Of a DNA stretch of 64,000 nucleotides, positions 49,996-63,836 are shown in pieces. Source of the stretch: Octopus sinensis (lineage: Eukaryota); contig NC_042999.1 in NCBI RefSeq assembly GCF_006345805.1, forward strand, positions 27,714,001-27,778,000. Reading direction: 5' to 3'. The stretch's first letter is position 1, and the number at the start of each line of letters is the position of its first letter. The notes beneath the pieces were generated by a model that saw nothing but the letters and a program-made list of their open reading frames with translations, was not told the origin of the DNA and searched no databases. Both the position numbers and the translations under genes were made by a program.

Positions 49996-50062
49996 ATTGA
50001 GGGGTTCTAATATTTTATTCATGTCTGAGTTATCTCTCGTTGTTACCGACATTCTTTTACTC

Positions 50063-50244
50063 GTTTCAGTCATTTGACTGCGGCCATGCTGGAGCACCGC
50101 CTTTAGTCGAGCAAATCGATCCCAGGACCTATTCTTTGTAATCCTAGTACTTATTCTATCGGTCTCTTTGGACGAACCGCTAAGTTATGGGGACGTGAAC
50201 ACACCAGCATCGGTTGTCAAGCGATGTTGGGGGGGACAAACACA

Positions 50245-50290
<46 letters not shown>

Positions 50291-50469
50291 ATTATATATA
50301 TACATAGATACGACGGGCTTCTTTCAGTTTCCGTCTATCAAATCCACTCACAAGACTTTGATCGGCCCGAGGCTACAGTAGAAGACACTTGTCCAAGATG
50401 CCACGCAGTGGGACTGAACCCGGAACCATGTGGTTAGTAAGCAAGCTACTTACCACACAGCCACTCCTG
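50063..50469 (-). mobile_element. SINE family B
   Basis: Reverse-complement copy with an internal (CA)n. Confidence 0.95.
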
Positions 50470-50637
50470 GGCCAATCTTCAATATATTATTTATTGAGTT
50501 ATTGTTTTCATTTCCTTGCTACATTCTAATTTTAATTCTGATATGTTAATGCTTCCCATCTAATTCCAGTACAATGTTGTTTTGGTAAGTACGATAAGAT
50601 GAAGCTAATTCTACACCGTAAAAATATATCTAAAATA

Positions 50638-50843
50638 TAGTCGCCATGATAGATCGTTAGCCACTACACACATTTTTTCTCTCCTTGTTTCTCTCCTTGT
50701 TTTTTTCTGTGTCCCTTTCTGTAGAAGAGCGTAGGCTTGAAACGTAAAAGACTTTTTCTATTTCTGAGCGTTATACTAATACATCTTTTGTTTCGTGCAC
50801 CACCTGTCTTCGTCTTTTGTTTTTTTTCGTAAACTCTCCCTAT
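50638..50843 (+). mobile_element. pLTR-like mini-element related to 19285-19488, with a CUGUAGA hammerhead-like motif at 50715-50750
   Basis: CTTT-CTGTAGA-A-GAGC(GTAG)GCTT-GAAA-CG-TA-AAAG; shares downstream CTGAGCG and TAATAC with the 19285 element. Confidence 0.65.
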
Positions 50844-51622
50844 CTAAAATATGCTTGGAATTATCTCCCTTACTTGGAGGAATGCCTAAACTAAGACTAG
50901 TCATTCAGTTAATGTATTTTCCAAGTTGTATAAGTATTTTAAATTAGCTTTTTAATGTTAACTTTATTAACAATATCTAACTTAGAGGATATTCATAAAA
51001 AAAATGATATAATTTCCACAATCATTTGTTTTACTCGGATTTGTTTTGCAGGCCTATTTAGCGGGCTAATGATGAAAAGCATTTCATCCGCCACCATCCC
51101 GTCTTTTTTTATATCAAAGAAATGCCAGGACAGCCAAGAGGACGGAAACTGTGAAAGAGAAAGACTAAGGAAGACAAATGTGATAAAAGCGCAGAGTGTT
51201 GAACAACGCAAAGGAAATGACAAAAGGAACAAAAGTGGCGAAACGCGGTGTAGGAGAGGACCCATTCAATCCATGAAAATGAGGTGAAGTAGGTGCAAAA
51301 ATGGTACTGATGCTGGTGGTGGTGGTGGTGATGGTGATATTAATGTATACGTTCATACACATGACAAAGGCGACAATGACACACACACAAACATTTGCAT
51401 ATATATTTATATATATATATATATAAATTTATATATAAGTGTGCGTGTGTGTGCGTATGTGTATGTGTATGTGTATATGCATACAATTATGCGTGTATAC
51501 GTATACATGGAGACATATATATATATATACATACATACAATATATATGCATATGTATAAGCGTGTATACACGCACACACATATATATGCACACACATATA
51601 CATACATACATACATACATACA

Positions 51623-51657
<35 letters not shown>

Positions 51658-51709
51658 GTAAATGGATAGATAGATAGATAGATAGATAAATATAGATAGA
51701 TAGATAGAC

Positions 51710-51806
<97 letters not shown>

Positions 51807-52089
51807 TAACCAATAAGCAACCTATAAGTCAGCTCTAGTGGCAATGACATTGAAAATGTCTGCGAAATTCTTCGTCGACTACTCAATAAAAGAATTTCCG
51901 GTAAATGTTATGCTGGTTGTCAACGACCAGACAATCCTGCAGGTCATTATCTGTGATTTCCTTCATTGACCTGCCACACAATGTCATTACACTCGTTCAA
52001 CCAACTACCTTCATTATTCATAATGATCCCTATATGCCTTGCTATTTCTTTATTTGTTTTCTCTCGTTAAAAATTATCTATAACGCAGA

Positions 52090-52465
52090 CGTGGCTGCGT
52101 GGTAAGAACGTTGCTTCCCAGCACCAAGATTCTTGAGTTCACTCTCACTACGTGGCATCTTGAGCAAGTGTCTTCTCCTATAGCTTCGGGCTGGCCAAAG
52201 CCTTGGGAATGGATTTAATAGACGGAAACTGAAAGAAGCCCGTCATATACATTTGTGTGTGCGTGTGTGTATGTGTGTGTGTGTGTTTGTGTTTGTCTCT
52301 CACTATCGCTTCACAACCGGTGTTGATGTATTTACGTCCCTGTAACTTAACACTTCAACAAATCAGACCGATAGGATAAGTACAAAACTAAGTACTGGGA
52401 TCGATTCATTCGACAAAAAATTTTCAAAGTGGTACCCCAGCATGGCCGCAGTCTCATGAATAAAA
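52090..52465 (+). mobile_element. SINE family B
   Basis: GTGGCTGCGTGGTAAG...GGCATCTTGAGCAAGTG. Confidence 0.9.
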
Positions 52466-53119
52466 ATAGTAAACGATAAAATATAAAAGATAGCATATTC
52501 AGAGGGGAAGAATATTTTGAGTGGCATTTTTCGGGGTTCCCAAAACAAGTGAAAAGAAGAGAGGAAGTTTGTCTGAATTCCTGGGACAGAGTAGGCCCCG
52601 ATAAAAGTACTAAAGAGCCGGGTGATGGCATTAAACCGGGTCTATCTCTGAATATTATGAACATTCCATCCGATTAGTTACATAGTTGCAGTTTATTTGC
52701 TCAACATGCCTTGAAGTACGATTTTATCCAAAGCCCTGCAGTTGAAATGTAATTTTCTTAACAGTATATGCTCCCGACTCCAGTATTCTCCAGTAATGTC
52801 AAGTAAATGTGGGATAAATCAATATTTGGACAGAAAGATGGGCTATCCGCAAGGAGATTTTTCCACAGCAAGAATTGTATTCAATACTGATAGCTAACGA
52901 ATCACTCATCTAATCAACAATGCTACCACTGTTTACAGAAGTTAGAACATTTTTACTATTTACTACTAGGCTGACTGAGCCGTTTGCTAGTTATGTAGTG
53001 TAGTTTCAGACAAAACCCAATGTCGATAGCAGCAAACGAACTACCGTTCCATGGGATCGTCGTCTGCTTCATTATCACCTTAGACTTCTTTTCCATCTTA
53101 TATCTATCATCATTTTTTC

Positions 53120-53250
53120 TTGCTCATGGGCCCGGTTTCCCGATTTCAATGGTGTATGTGTTCCCCAGCTGGACGGGACGCCAGTTTATCGCAGCGTTAC
53201 TCATTTTTGCCAGCTGAGTGAACTGGAGCAACGTGAAGTGAAGTGTTGTT
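53120..53250 (-). mobile_element. V-domain SINE fragment
   Basis: Minus strand CTGCGATAAACTGGCGTCCCGTCCAG resembles the V-SINE core CCTGCGATGGACTGGCGTCCCGTCCAG, as I recall it. Confidence 0.6.
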
Positions 53251-53602
53251 GAATGTGTTTATAAAACATCTTTTTCTCTTGGATTTATTGAGAAAATTCT
53301 ATAGTTTGTAAGATATTTGTTGTTTTTTTTCTTCAATTTCTGCAATTTCAAGCAATCAATTATGTCCATTGAGGTAAAGAAAACATTCTGTGCCGTATGA
53401 ATATGTCCCTCGTTTAAGAAATAGATTGAGTTTATTTACATTTGTGAAGGAAAAAAGATACCCTTTCCCCCACCCCTAACCCTAACTAACCCTAACCCTA
53501 AAAGAGATTGAAATGCAATAGATCGATTCTAGGGTCATAATTATGGGTGACAATTTCATATGACACCGCTAGAAAAAACTGCCGTTCAAACCGAAAAGAT
53601 CC
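53251..53602. mobile_element. GGATC-TIR telomere-repeat MITE, copy 3 (left end missing)
   Basis: Right TIR intact; CCCTAA repeats present. Confidence 0.9.
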
Positions 53603-54111
53603 GGATGTAACTTGATATTGGCTCACACTTTAGTTGACACTTTACTGATTCAACCATAATGTCACTCTCCAACATAGGTACAGTTGCATGTATAAAAATT
53701 CCCTTCGCAAACACGTAGTTTCATACACAATCCCACATCGTTGAACCTTGGAGAACTGTCTTCTACCACACTTGGGGAACAACCAAAGACTTGTGAGTGA
53801 AATCCAGGCAGACGGAAACTGTGTGCAAGCCTGTCAGAAGAATTGTTCCTACTCTAAGATGGTAGACTTAATCTGTCAATTAAAACCACCACCTGGTTCA
53901 TGGGTACCTTTAGCAAAGGCCGCAATATCACAAGCATTCGAGCCAGGTGACAAATTTTAGGATATTTATTGTCTATCCTTACATTCTCTAACTTCGTATG
54001 GGGCATGGATACTGCTTTTTAGCTTCTAAATTGTTAAGCTTCTCTTCTTGTAAGTTATTGAAAGTATGTGAAAAATTATAAGGATTTTTAACAAATATAG
54101 GTAGAAGCTAA

Positions 54112-54310
54112 GGTGGCGAACTAGCAGAATCGTTAGCATGCCGGGTAAAATGCATAGCAGTCCCGAGTTCAAATTCTGCTCAGATCTACTTCGTCTTTCA
54201 TTCTTTCGAAGTCGATAGAATAAGTGCCAGTTGAACCCTGGGGTCGATGTAATCGACTTACCCTTCCCATTTAAATTACTGGCCTTGTGCCAAAATTTGA
54301 AGTCAATATA
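54112..54310 (+). mobile_element. SINE family A, older copy
   Basis: GGTGGCGAACTAGCAGAATCGTTAGC. Confidence 0.8.
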
Positions 54311-55073
54311 GGCAAAAGGACTGGGCGTTTTATGAGAGATGAGGCTAATAATCGAATAATAAGAATAATAAGAACAACAACAACAGCGGCAGCAGCGATA
54401 GTACCAAACAGCAATAACAACACACACAACAACTCAGCAATTCTGCGTTTTTGTTTTATTTCAGTCTATAATTTTTCGACCTTAAAGAAATAAAATCCAA
54501 TTTACCATTACTTGCTAATTAAGGCATGTATGTTTAAAGTATAATTAGAATATAATTTACAAGGAATCAAATAAAATATCTGGGCTAGTAGGTAGATTAT
54601 TCCTGAGTGGCTACATTACATATGGTACAGGAATGTAAGGGGCGAGGTGGGCGCACAGAAATACCAAATGATGTGTTGGAGGAGTTGCAGAGGGATTTTT
54701 TTTCACTCTATGATGGTTGTAATAATTTCATGCTTCTGTCTAATGTCTCTGAGTATGAATTAGGTCTACATGTGTGTGTGTGAGCGTATACATGTATGTG
54801 TGTGAACGTGTGTGTGTTGTGCATGTGCGTGTGTGTCTGTAGGAAGTTGCTTCCGCTAGCGTAACCCTCTTTACTGTCACTCTTTCTCTGTACTCTCATT
54901 CATATAAATGTGTACATGTGTGTGTGTGAGTGTGTGTGTGTGTGTATATATATATACACACATATATTCATATGCATGCCTATATGCGGGTGCATGAATG
55001 TGTGTGCGCATTTGTATAGTATATAGGATGATGTACACCAAAAATTAGCTTTATATATATGTATGCACACACA

Positions 55074-55115
<42 letters not shown>

Positions 55116-55203
55116 AACACACACATAAACACACGCACGAATACATGCACCTGCGCGCGCGCGTATACATACACATTTATAGCTGGGTCCCTGGTAGGTG
55201 CTA

Positions 55204-55433
55204 CGGCGAGCTGGCTGAAACGTTAGCACACCGGGCGAAATACGTAGCCGTGTTTCGTCTGGCATTACGTTCTGAGTTCAAATTCCGCCGAGGTCAACTT
55301 TACCTTTCATCCTTTCGGGGTCGATAAATTAAGTGCCAGTTACGCACTGGGGTCGATGTAATCGACTTAATCCGTTTGTCTGTCCTTGTCTGTCCCCTCT
55401 GTGTTTAGCCCCTTGTGGGTAGTAAAGAAATAG
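55204..55433 (+). mobile_element. SINE family A, full length
   Basis: Ends AAAGAAATAG. Confidence 0.95.
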
Positions 55434-56229
55434 CTACTCCGGATCAGAGCAGACCAGAGATCAATAGCGACTAAGGGGTGGTTTCCACTCTCCTCAAAAC
55501 ATTGAAGCTCCCGAACAAGAGCCTTACTCCCGGATGCAGTTTAAAGTGACATATGATGGCAAGCAAGGAAATATCTGTGTTCCCGCGCAAAAAACCCTTA
55601 ATTGGTGACAGGGCTTACAGTAAAACTACCTGGAGCGAGGAATCCCGAATTGTTTTCACAGCATCCTTCTAGGATGTCAGGGGACACTCTGATCTAAAAC
55701 CTGCAGTTTCACATGCTTACTGATTCTGTCACTTTGGTCTGTCATTACGTACTAATCCTGGAGACTCAGAAAGCGGTACTTATGCTGTACAAGAGTTTAT
55801 CCCTATAATCTATTCACGTAGAGATGTCTCTTTATGGTGACCTTATTCCTCATTTCATCTACAGAAAGTTCTATGGCATTGGAAGAGCGGTGACGTGTGC
55901 AGACCTAACCAGTTGGAAGCGTGTAGTAAGTTACAACTTTCGTCTGTTATCCATCCCCCAACTATGCATACCTGCAAAAAGACTGAATAGTCATATGAGA
56001 GGTCATAATCGTCAAGGTAAAGATCTTTTATTATTTAAGAGGACAAAATCCTTGGAAATTTGACAGATGCAAAGTTAGAAAGTAAAGTTTTTGCCTGGCC
56101 AAAAACTACTGTGTCATTTGCGACTCAGCATTCCCCTAAACTAAATAAGGTGGACATCTTTTGTTGAAGTTGTTAACATTTTCAAGGTAGCTGAAATCTT
56201 CCATGAACAGGTAGGTAAAATGCTGAAAT

Positions 56230-56440
56230 ATTGGTTTCAAATGTCGGTAGAAGGTCAGCAGATTTGGTGGGGAGGTGCTAAGTCAATTTGCCACAACTGT
56301 TCAACTGGTACTCATTTTATGAAACCCGAGAACATAAAAAGTAAAAATTGATATCGGTAGGATTTGAACTTAGAACGTAAAGACGGACGAAATGCAAGGA
56401 AACATTTTTTTCGGTGTGCTAATGATTCTGCCAGCTCACC
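56230..56440 (-). mobile_element. SINE family A, old copy
   Basis: GATTTGAACTTAGAACG...CTGCCAGCTCACC. Confidence 0.75.
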
Positions 56441-57111
56441 ATTCTGAAAAAAACGAATGCTGAAATATTACTAAAGAATGTTTTTTTACAAATCCACCTT
56501 AATTTCTTCCCTACCAGTCTTGGAGCAGTAAACACCGAGCATAGGGAGTATTCCCGCCAGCAAAATTCCTTTAGGGAAAGCATATATATAAAATAAAATT
56601 TCAGCCGAAATTTAATCGTTTATCATTGTTGGTATCTGCTGAAAGACGGCTATTCATCCCACAACCAATAAAAGATATTACAATAAGAGTTTCATTTCAG
56701 TATAGGAAGTGCCTTTCAATAACTATAATTTAATGTCTCTGCGCTTTAGGCGGATGATTGAGTGGTAATAGCGCCAATAAAACTTTTACTGTCTGTAAGA
56801 AAAAAAAAAAGGTTCCCGGGCAATACTGTGAATATCGTTTAAGTATAACGAACATTAAAAATGGTATTGAAAGTAAAAGAGTTTGCTTCGGTAAAAGATA
56901 GACGGAAAGAAAAGGAAAAGCAGGGTCATTAGTTTCATGAAACCTGAACATGATATTGAAACATGTTTATCAGAATTAAATTCAATATCAATGATTTAAT
57001 AGGAAACCGTTTGTTAAGAGACAAAATGTTGCAATTTGTTGCCCAATGTTATTCAGTCTAGTATTTAGGCTATCGATCTAAGATCGTTCGACTGCTAAGT
57101 TTAAAGTAAAT

Positions 57112-57265
57112 GGCTGTGTGGTAAGTAGCTTGCTTACCAACCACACGGTTCCGGGTTCAGTCCCACTGCGTGGCACCTTGAGCAAGTGTCTTCTACTATA
57201 GCCTCGGGCCGACCAAAGCCTTATGAGTGGATTTGGTAGGCGAAAACGGAAAGAAGCCCGTCGTA

Positions 57266-57320
<55 letters not shown>

Positions 57321-57324
57321 GCGC

Positions 57325-57359
<35 letters not shown>

Positions 57360-57470
57360 TTTGTGTGTCTGTGTTTGTCCCTCCAACATCGCTTGACAAC
57401 CGATGCTGATGTGTTTACGTCCCTGTAACTTAGCGGTTATGCAAAAGAGATCGATAGAATAACTATACCG
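57112..57470 (+). mobile_element. SINE family B
   Basis: Head, CORE-like motif, microsatellite and partial 3' half. Confidence 0.9.
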
Positions 57471-57506
57471 GTTTCAAGGCCGTAAGCATACTTTTTTAAA
57501 ACTATT

Positions 57507-57650
57507 TTACTTGTTTCAGTCATTTGACGGCGGCCGTGCTGGAGCACCGCCTTTAGTCGAATAAATCAACCCAGAGCTTATTCTTTGTAAGCCTAGTACT
57601 TATTCTATCAATCTCTTTTACTGAACCACTAGGTTACGGGAACGTAACTT
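57507..57650 (-). mobile_element. SINE family B, 3' half
   Basis: TTACTTGTTTCAGTCATTTGAC...GGAGCACCGCCTTTAGTCGA. Confidence 0.85.
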
Positions 57651-57931
57651 ATCACCACTCCTGTATGTTCTCTTCCCTTGGCTGATTGGTGTGCTCATTT
57701 AGTGTACAAGGGAGTTTGACACTGCTGCCCTTATATGTACCTCATGCCTGTCTTTTGGTTCATCTGGTGTTGTGGAGTCCAGTTCCTTGTGCAGGTTTCT
57801 CAATTTTTTTGGTGGAGTCTTGAAGAGAGGTGAGCCTATCAACTCTAAGCAATTGCAGTTGTATATATATATATATATATATGTATCAACATCATCATCT
57901 CTCTTACACATTAGATCTGATGCCCCTTATT

Positions 57932-57973
<42 letters not shown>

Positions 57974-57984
57974 CGCAGGCGTCG

Positions 57985-58380
57985 TTATGTAGTAAGAAGA
58001 TTGTTTCCAACCACATGGTTCCTGGTTCAGTCCCACTGCGTGGCACCTTGGGTAAGTATCTTCTGCTTTAGCCTCAGGCTGACCAAAAGTTGTGAGTGGA
58101 TTTGGTAGACGGAAACTGAAAGAAGCACGTCGTATGTGTGTGTGTGTGTTTGTGTGTCTGTTTTGTCCCCCACCATTACTTGACAACCGATGTTGGTGTG
58201 TTTCCGTCCTCGAGATCGGCAGCTGTCCACATCCATAAGCATAACATGACCATCTCAGTGCAGTCGTCTCCCTTGCACACTAGTGTTAGGCTGACAAAGA
58301 ATATGATCTGGGGTAGAGTTTTTCGACTAAAGGCTGTGCTCCAGCATAGCCGCAGTGAAATGACTGGAAGACAAAAGAAA
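57985..58380 (+). mobile_element. SINE family B
   Basis: GGCACCTTGGGTAAGT; 3' half present. Confidence 0.85.
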
Positions 58381-58414
58381 ATATATATATACATGCATAC
58401 ATACACACACACAC

Positions 58415-58475
<61 letters not shown>

Positions 58476-58486
58476 TATAGATGCTT

Positions 58487-58537
<51 letters not shown>

Positions 58538-59392
58538 CTGGCAGAGATACCCGGCGTTGCTCGGGATTAAAATGGCATAGTTTGTATATAATATATCACA
58601 ATCATGTTGAAACGTGATATGGGAATGTGCAGCATTGACAACAAAACATTTGTGGAGTAAATGATGAGCTAAATCGATTAAGCAACATGTTATGCGTCCG
58701 TTTGGAGTATTTCAGGCCCTAACCTGTCATTGAAAATAGGTGGTGGTGGTGGTGGTGGCGGGGGGGGGGTATGTAATATTTGAACGCACCCAAAAGCTGT
58801 CAGTGAATATACTCTCCTTTGCAGAAGTCGGCGCTGTGTCTAACACGACAAATCATCTGAAATTTTGACACCTCCTTCGGGCTTGTTGTCCTACATCACT
58901 CATAAAGTAAATCTGGATTAACTGTGGTTGTTCATTTGTGGGTAACATAGAACCAATGAGGTGATAGACTTGCCTTTGAATTTTAAGAGACGTAATACAG
59001 GAGTAGTGTAAACGATAAGAGAATGCTCTAGGCTCGCATTAGGCAAGACTTTGGAAATTTTGGGGGGCCCATGACACTGCATGGACCTTGGCTTTTGTAT
59101 TTGACGACTGTTGTTTTAAGTTTTTTATTTCAATTTTCACTGACGTAGTGGTAAGAACAACCATGCACGTAACAGTAGTTTCGAATAAAAATAAAAATGG
59201 AAGTTTTAATCATAAGATGGAAAGGCAAACTTTACAAAAATAGCGATTCTCACTTTGAAACTGACAAATTTGAAAATATTTTTATGTTACGGAATGCCCG
59301 GCTCTCTCGTGTGTCCATGTTTAAAATTTCAGCGCGATCGGATGAACAATACTCAAGTTATAAGCGCAAAACGGGATTTATATATTAGAAGA
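58538..59392 (-). mobile_element. Non-autonomous Helitron, second family (855 bp)
   Basis: Minus strand starts TCTTCTAATATATAAAT, has the same CCCGAGCAACGCCGGG hairpin, ends CCAG, and sits in an A|T target. Confidence 0.7.
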
Positions 59393-59601
59393 TGTATGCA
59401 TGAGCCAATGAGGGGGACCTCTACATGGTAGCTCTACATGGTAGTTAGACCTGTCAGAAATAGCAGCCAAATCTCCCTTAAAACACTCTACTTTCTTATG
59501 TATATATATATGTATGCATTAGTAGTTCTTTGGCTTTTTGCATTTGCCGACTGTTGCTCTAAGTTAGATAATCGTATTGAGCCCTCACGTATAGAGAGAG
59601 G

Positions 59602-59653
<52 letters not shown>

Positions 59654-59799
59654 GACAGAGACAGAGAGAGGAAAGAAGAGAGACAGTATAGCGATGGTTT
59701 TGGCTGAGTGTCATCCTGTACACCCCTTGTTACCAGCGAAATGGTATGTACCGGCTGTCTGAGCAACTCGTTGCTTTTAATGAACAGCATGGTGGAAGA

Positions 59800-59975
59800 A
59801 ATGGGACGAAAAGATTACAAAAATAGCGATTCTCACTTTGAAACTGAAAATGTTGAAGATCTTTTTAGATTGCCCCATCTCTCATGTATCCATGTTTAAA
59901 ATTTCAGCGCGATTGGATGAACAATACTCGAGTTATAAGCGCACAAACATACAGACAGAACAGAATTTATATTAT
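59800..59975 (-). mobile_element. Second, diverged copy of the 5' segment of that Helitron
   Basis: AAAAATAGCGATTCTCACTTTGAAACTGA...GATGAACAATACTCGAGTTATAAGCG repeats 59237-59365. Confidence 0.6.
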
Positions 59976-59996
59976 ATTATATATATATATATATAT

Positions 59997-60092
<96 letters not shown>

Positions 60093-60292
60093 GGATAGAT
60101 AGATAGATAGATATATAGATGTATATATATGTGTGTGTGTGTATGTATGTATATATATGTATATACGCACACACGCATACATAGACATACATATATATAT
60201 ATTTATATACACACACAAACACTCACACACGCATATATACACAAACAAATAAGAATGTATATATGTGTGCGTTTATGTTATGTACGTGCCAT

Positions 60293-60340
<48 letters not shown>

Positions 60341-60388
60341 GTGTATGTATATATATGTATGTATGTATGTGCTTGTGTGTATATATAT

Positions 60389-60450
<62 letters not shown>

Positions 60451-60991
60451 AGTACAAATGCAACCATTTGTTTTATACACGTATACAGACATATGTTTTT
60501 ACCCCTACACATGCATCCAATAACTACACGTACATGTTTTATCCAATTACTCTAACTAGATATATAAAATATGAAGTAGCTGGCAACTACTCACAATAAC
60601 ATAAGCCTGCTTATCTTATCAAATCACTCATATATATGATCTAATCATAAATTTTGTTCGTTAGCCATTTTAATATTCTCACGCATCTTTGACACTAAAT
60701 TTCCAGAGCTATTACTGCCTGGTGCTTCCCACCTTCTTCTGGCAGAGACTGTGTTAAGTGTTTTATGCTGGTTATACATACGTACATACATACATAGCTG
60801 CATACATACATACATACCTGCATACATACATACATACATACATACATACATACATACATACATACATACATACATGCATACATACATACATACATCATAC
60901 ATACATGCATACAGACAGACACACATACTTGCATACATAGATGCATACATACATTTCTCTCTCCCTCTCTTCCTCTTTCTCTCTCTCTCTA

Positions 60992-61062
<71 letters not shown>

Positions 61063-61134
61063 TATATAAGCACATATATACACACACACCGACACACACA
61101 TACACACACATATATATTAAAAGCTATAAAATTT

Positions 61135-63190
61135 CTAATAGGAGTTTGTTAAGAACTACTAACTTAATTTTTAAACAAATAAAAAATTACAAACTGGGTG
61201 ATAAAACTGAACCTTTTGTTCCTAAAAGAACTAGAATTATTTTAAAGGATCACAAGGAGAATTTTTATTGTAACTCTAAAGTAAGACTGATTTGCCCTGA
61301 TAAATCTGATTTGAGCAGACTTAGTAAAGCTATTTTAGATAAGTATCTTCCTGTTCTTAAAGATAGAATTAGATTACAACTCTGGTCTAATACCTATGAG
61401 GTAATGGATCGGTTTAAGAGAATTAAATTTAAAAATGGAAATAAATTCATGCAAGTAGATATTCATAGCTATTACTCCTTATTTTACTAAATTATCTTAA
61501 ATAAACTCCTCATATTCGCGAAAAATAACTTGAATATCAGCGTAAGTGAAATAAAAGTTATTTTAGCTGTTAGAAGAATAAATATAAAGTTTGTGAACAA
61601 GTATTAGACTATGATTAATAGTTTGAATGAATCTGATATAGCAATGGGATCAGCAGATTTCGCTCAAGTTATGGATTTAGTTGAGATTTATATATTTTTT
61701 TAACCTAGGAAGGGATTTTCCTATATTTGAAGGAGGTCTTTATAGGGATGATGCCCTTTTTACCATTAGAAACATGTCTAATAGGAAGATGGAACTATAT
61801 AAGAAACAGTTTCACAGTCTTTTTAAGAATTTTGGACTCTGTAACGATTGAAAGCGAGTATGAATCGATGAACTTCCTCGATATTAATCGAAATCTTGTT
61901 ACCGGTTAATATCAACTATACCACAAACCGAACTCTAATCTTAGGAATATTAATTTTGAAAGCAACCACCCAAGTTTTGTGAAAATATTTTTCATCTAAT
62001 AAAGAAATTTTCGATAAAAATATTGACTCACTTAATAATGCCGCACTTAATAAAGCTGGATATAAACAGAAATTAGTATATTGTTCTAATAATGTAAATA
62101 TTAGCACCTCCAACACCTCCAACAACATAAATATTTCCCATGCCAACATGGATTTAAAACTAATAATTAGAAATAAATTTAAGAATAAATCGAAAAATAT
62201 TTAAGATACGAATATTGGAAATCAAAGACAAAATATGAGAAACTATGTACTACTTCGTTCTTTTAATATTTTTTGTACTCTCGGGAGTAGGAATAAAAAG
62301 ATTAAAAAGCAAAAACCTTATGTATCTAATAATGGTCGAAAAAGTAGAGTTTATAATTCATCTAATAAAAACGAAACTATTAGATTTATTGTTCCATTCG
62401 CTAAACAAATTAAAGGTCATTTGGTCGGTACTTTATACAAACTCTTTTCCAAACATTTCACAAAAGAAAATAGAAATTATGATATTATTTACCCTAGGAT
62501 TTTTAGAATTGGTGATTCCGTATCTAACAATTTATACCAGATTACATCCTCGATTAATAAAAGAAAATTATATTATTTTTATGATAATTATAATAGTAGT
62601 AAACGCCGTAGCATTAATATCAATCGAATAAACGTTAGTGATGAAATTATACTTGGGACATCTAATGTACAAAAGGAAGCTACTCTAGTAAAATCCAGTC
62701 CCAACCTTTTGAACGTAAATAAAACTACGAACAGTAAATATCTAATAGATAATAAATATCTAATAAGTAATAAAAAATACTTTTTGTGATTGCAGGGTTA
62801 AAAGTTAATGTTTATTTAAGAATTATTGTAAACGAAAGAATGTTGCTTACAGATGTAAAGTTATTTCCGAGGGTAGAAGTTACATTTATATAGGTGCCAC
62901 GCAGAATTTTATTGAAAAGCATATTTCTAACCTTATTCATACCTTTGGTAATAGAAAAGACCTGTTTCTTCCACTAGCCTTTGTAAATTTATTGGGCATT
63001 TAATGGACAAGAAAAAAGTTTTGTGTGGAGGTGTAAATTATAAGCAAGGCTACAGTTTATAAGCCTGGAAGCTCTTTCCGTTTTCTTTGTTTAGAAGAGC
63101 TGTATTTGATATTATTTTCTACAAGTGAGAAATGAATTTTTCTTGAGTGCATGCATCAAAATGGACATTTAGGAACTATCATTAGATTTA
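61135..63190 (+). pseudogene. Penelope-like element (Naiad-like) RT and GIY-YIG ORF relic
   Basis: HKENFYCNSKVRLICPDKS, IAMGS, GGLYRDD (61741), NFLDI, KPN, SNHP, CDCR (62785), VAY...YIG (62842-62895), YKPGS..LCLEE and ECMH; multiple frameshifts. Confidence 0.85.
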
Positions 63191-63796
63191 TACTAATTAT
63201 TAATGATTGTTATGCATTTAAATTGATCAATATTTCTGCTATAATGCAGTTTTTCGGGTTTAATATACTAAATAAGTATAAATACTAGCTAAATATTATA
63301 AATATAAGTTATATCTAATATTAGTGAGGATGTATATAGATTTTACTGTAAATTTGATTAATCATACTTCTCTGAAATATTTAGTTAAAATACCTATAGT
63401 AAACTATTAAATTAAACTTAGGATATAACATATTATCTTAATGTAGTGACAGCTTTGGTTTGCTTGGTTATCATATAGATTTTTTTATCTCTAGTATCTG
63501 GCAATATATAGGTTCTGATTACGTTTATGCAATAAGTATTGACCGAATATTTACGCAAATATTGATGACGTAACAATTGTAGATAGTATTAAATGGAATT
63601 AGATATAATACATTTTATTTATCTTCAGTGTTGTTGACAAACATATGCCCAACTACTTGATATATTTAGCTATAATATTCTCCCCCATTCACTCGTTTTT
63701 ATCTATCATTCGCTCTATATATATCTATATCTTAATTACGATAACACCATCAGCGAACTATTGTGTATCATTTGTGCTAGCGCAAATGTTGAATGT

Positions 63797-63836
<40 letters not shown>

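Noticed and set aside
51850-52080. Possible Dong-like RT remnant (similar hint at 60650-60780)
   Set aside because: The similarity is too weak to support without an alignment.
63505-63560. GGTT-CTGATTA...GACC as the hammerhead of the Naiad-like element
   Set aside because: G8 is absent and no GAAA or stem II can be identified.
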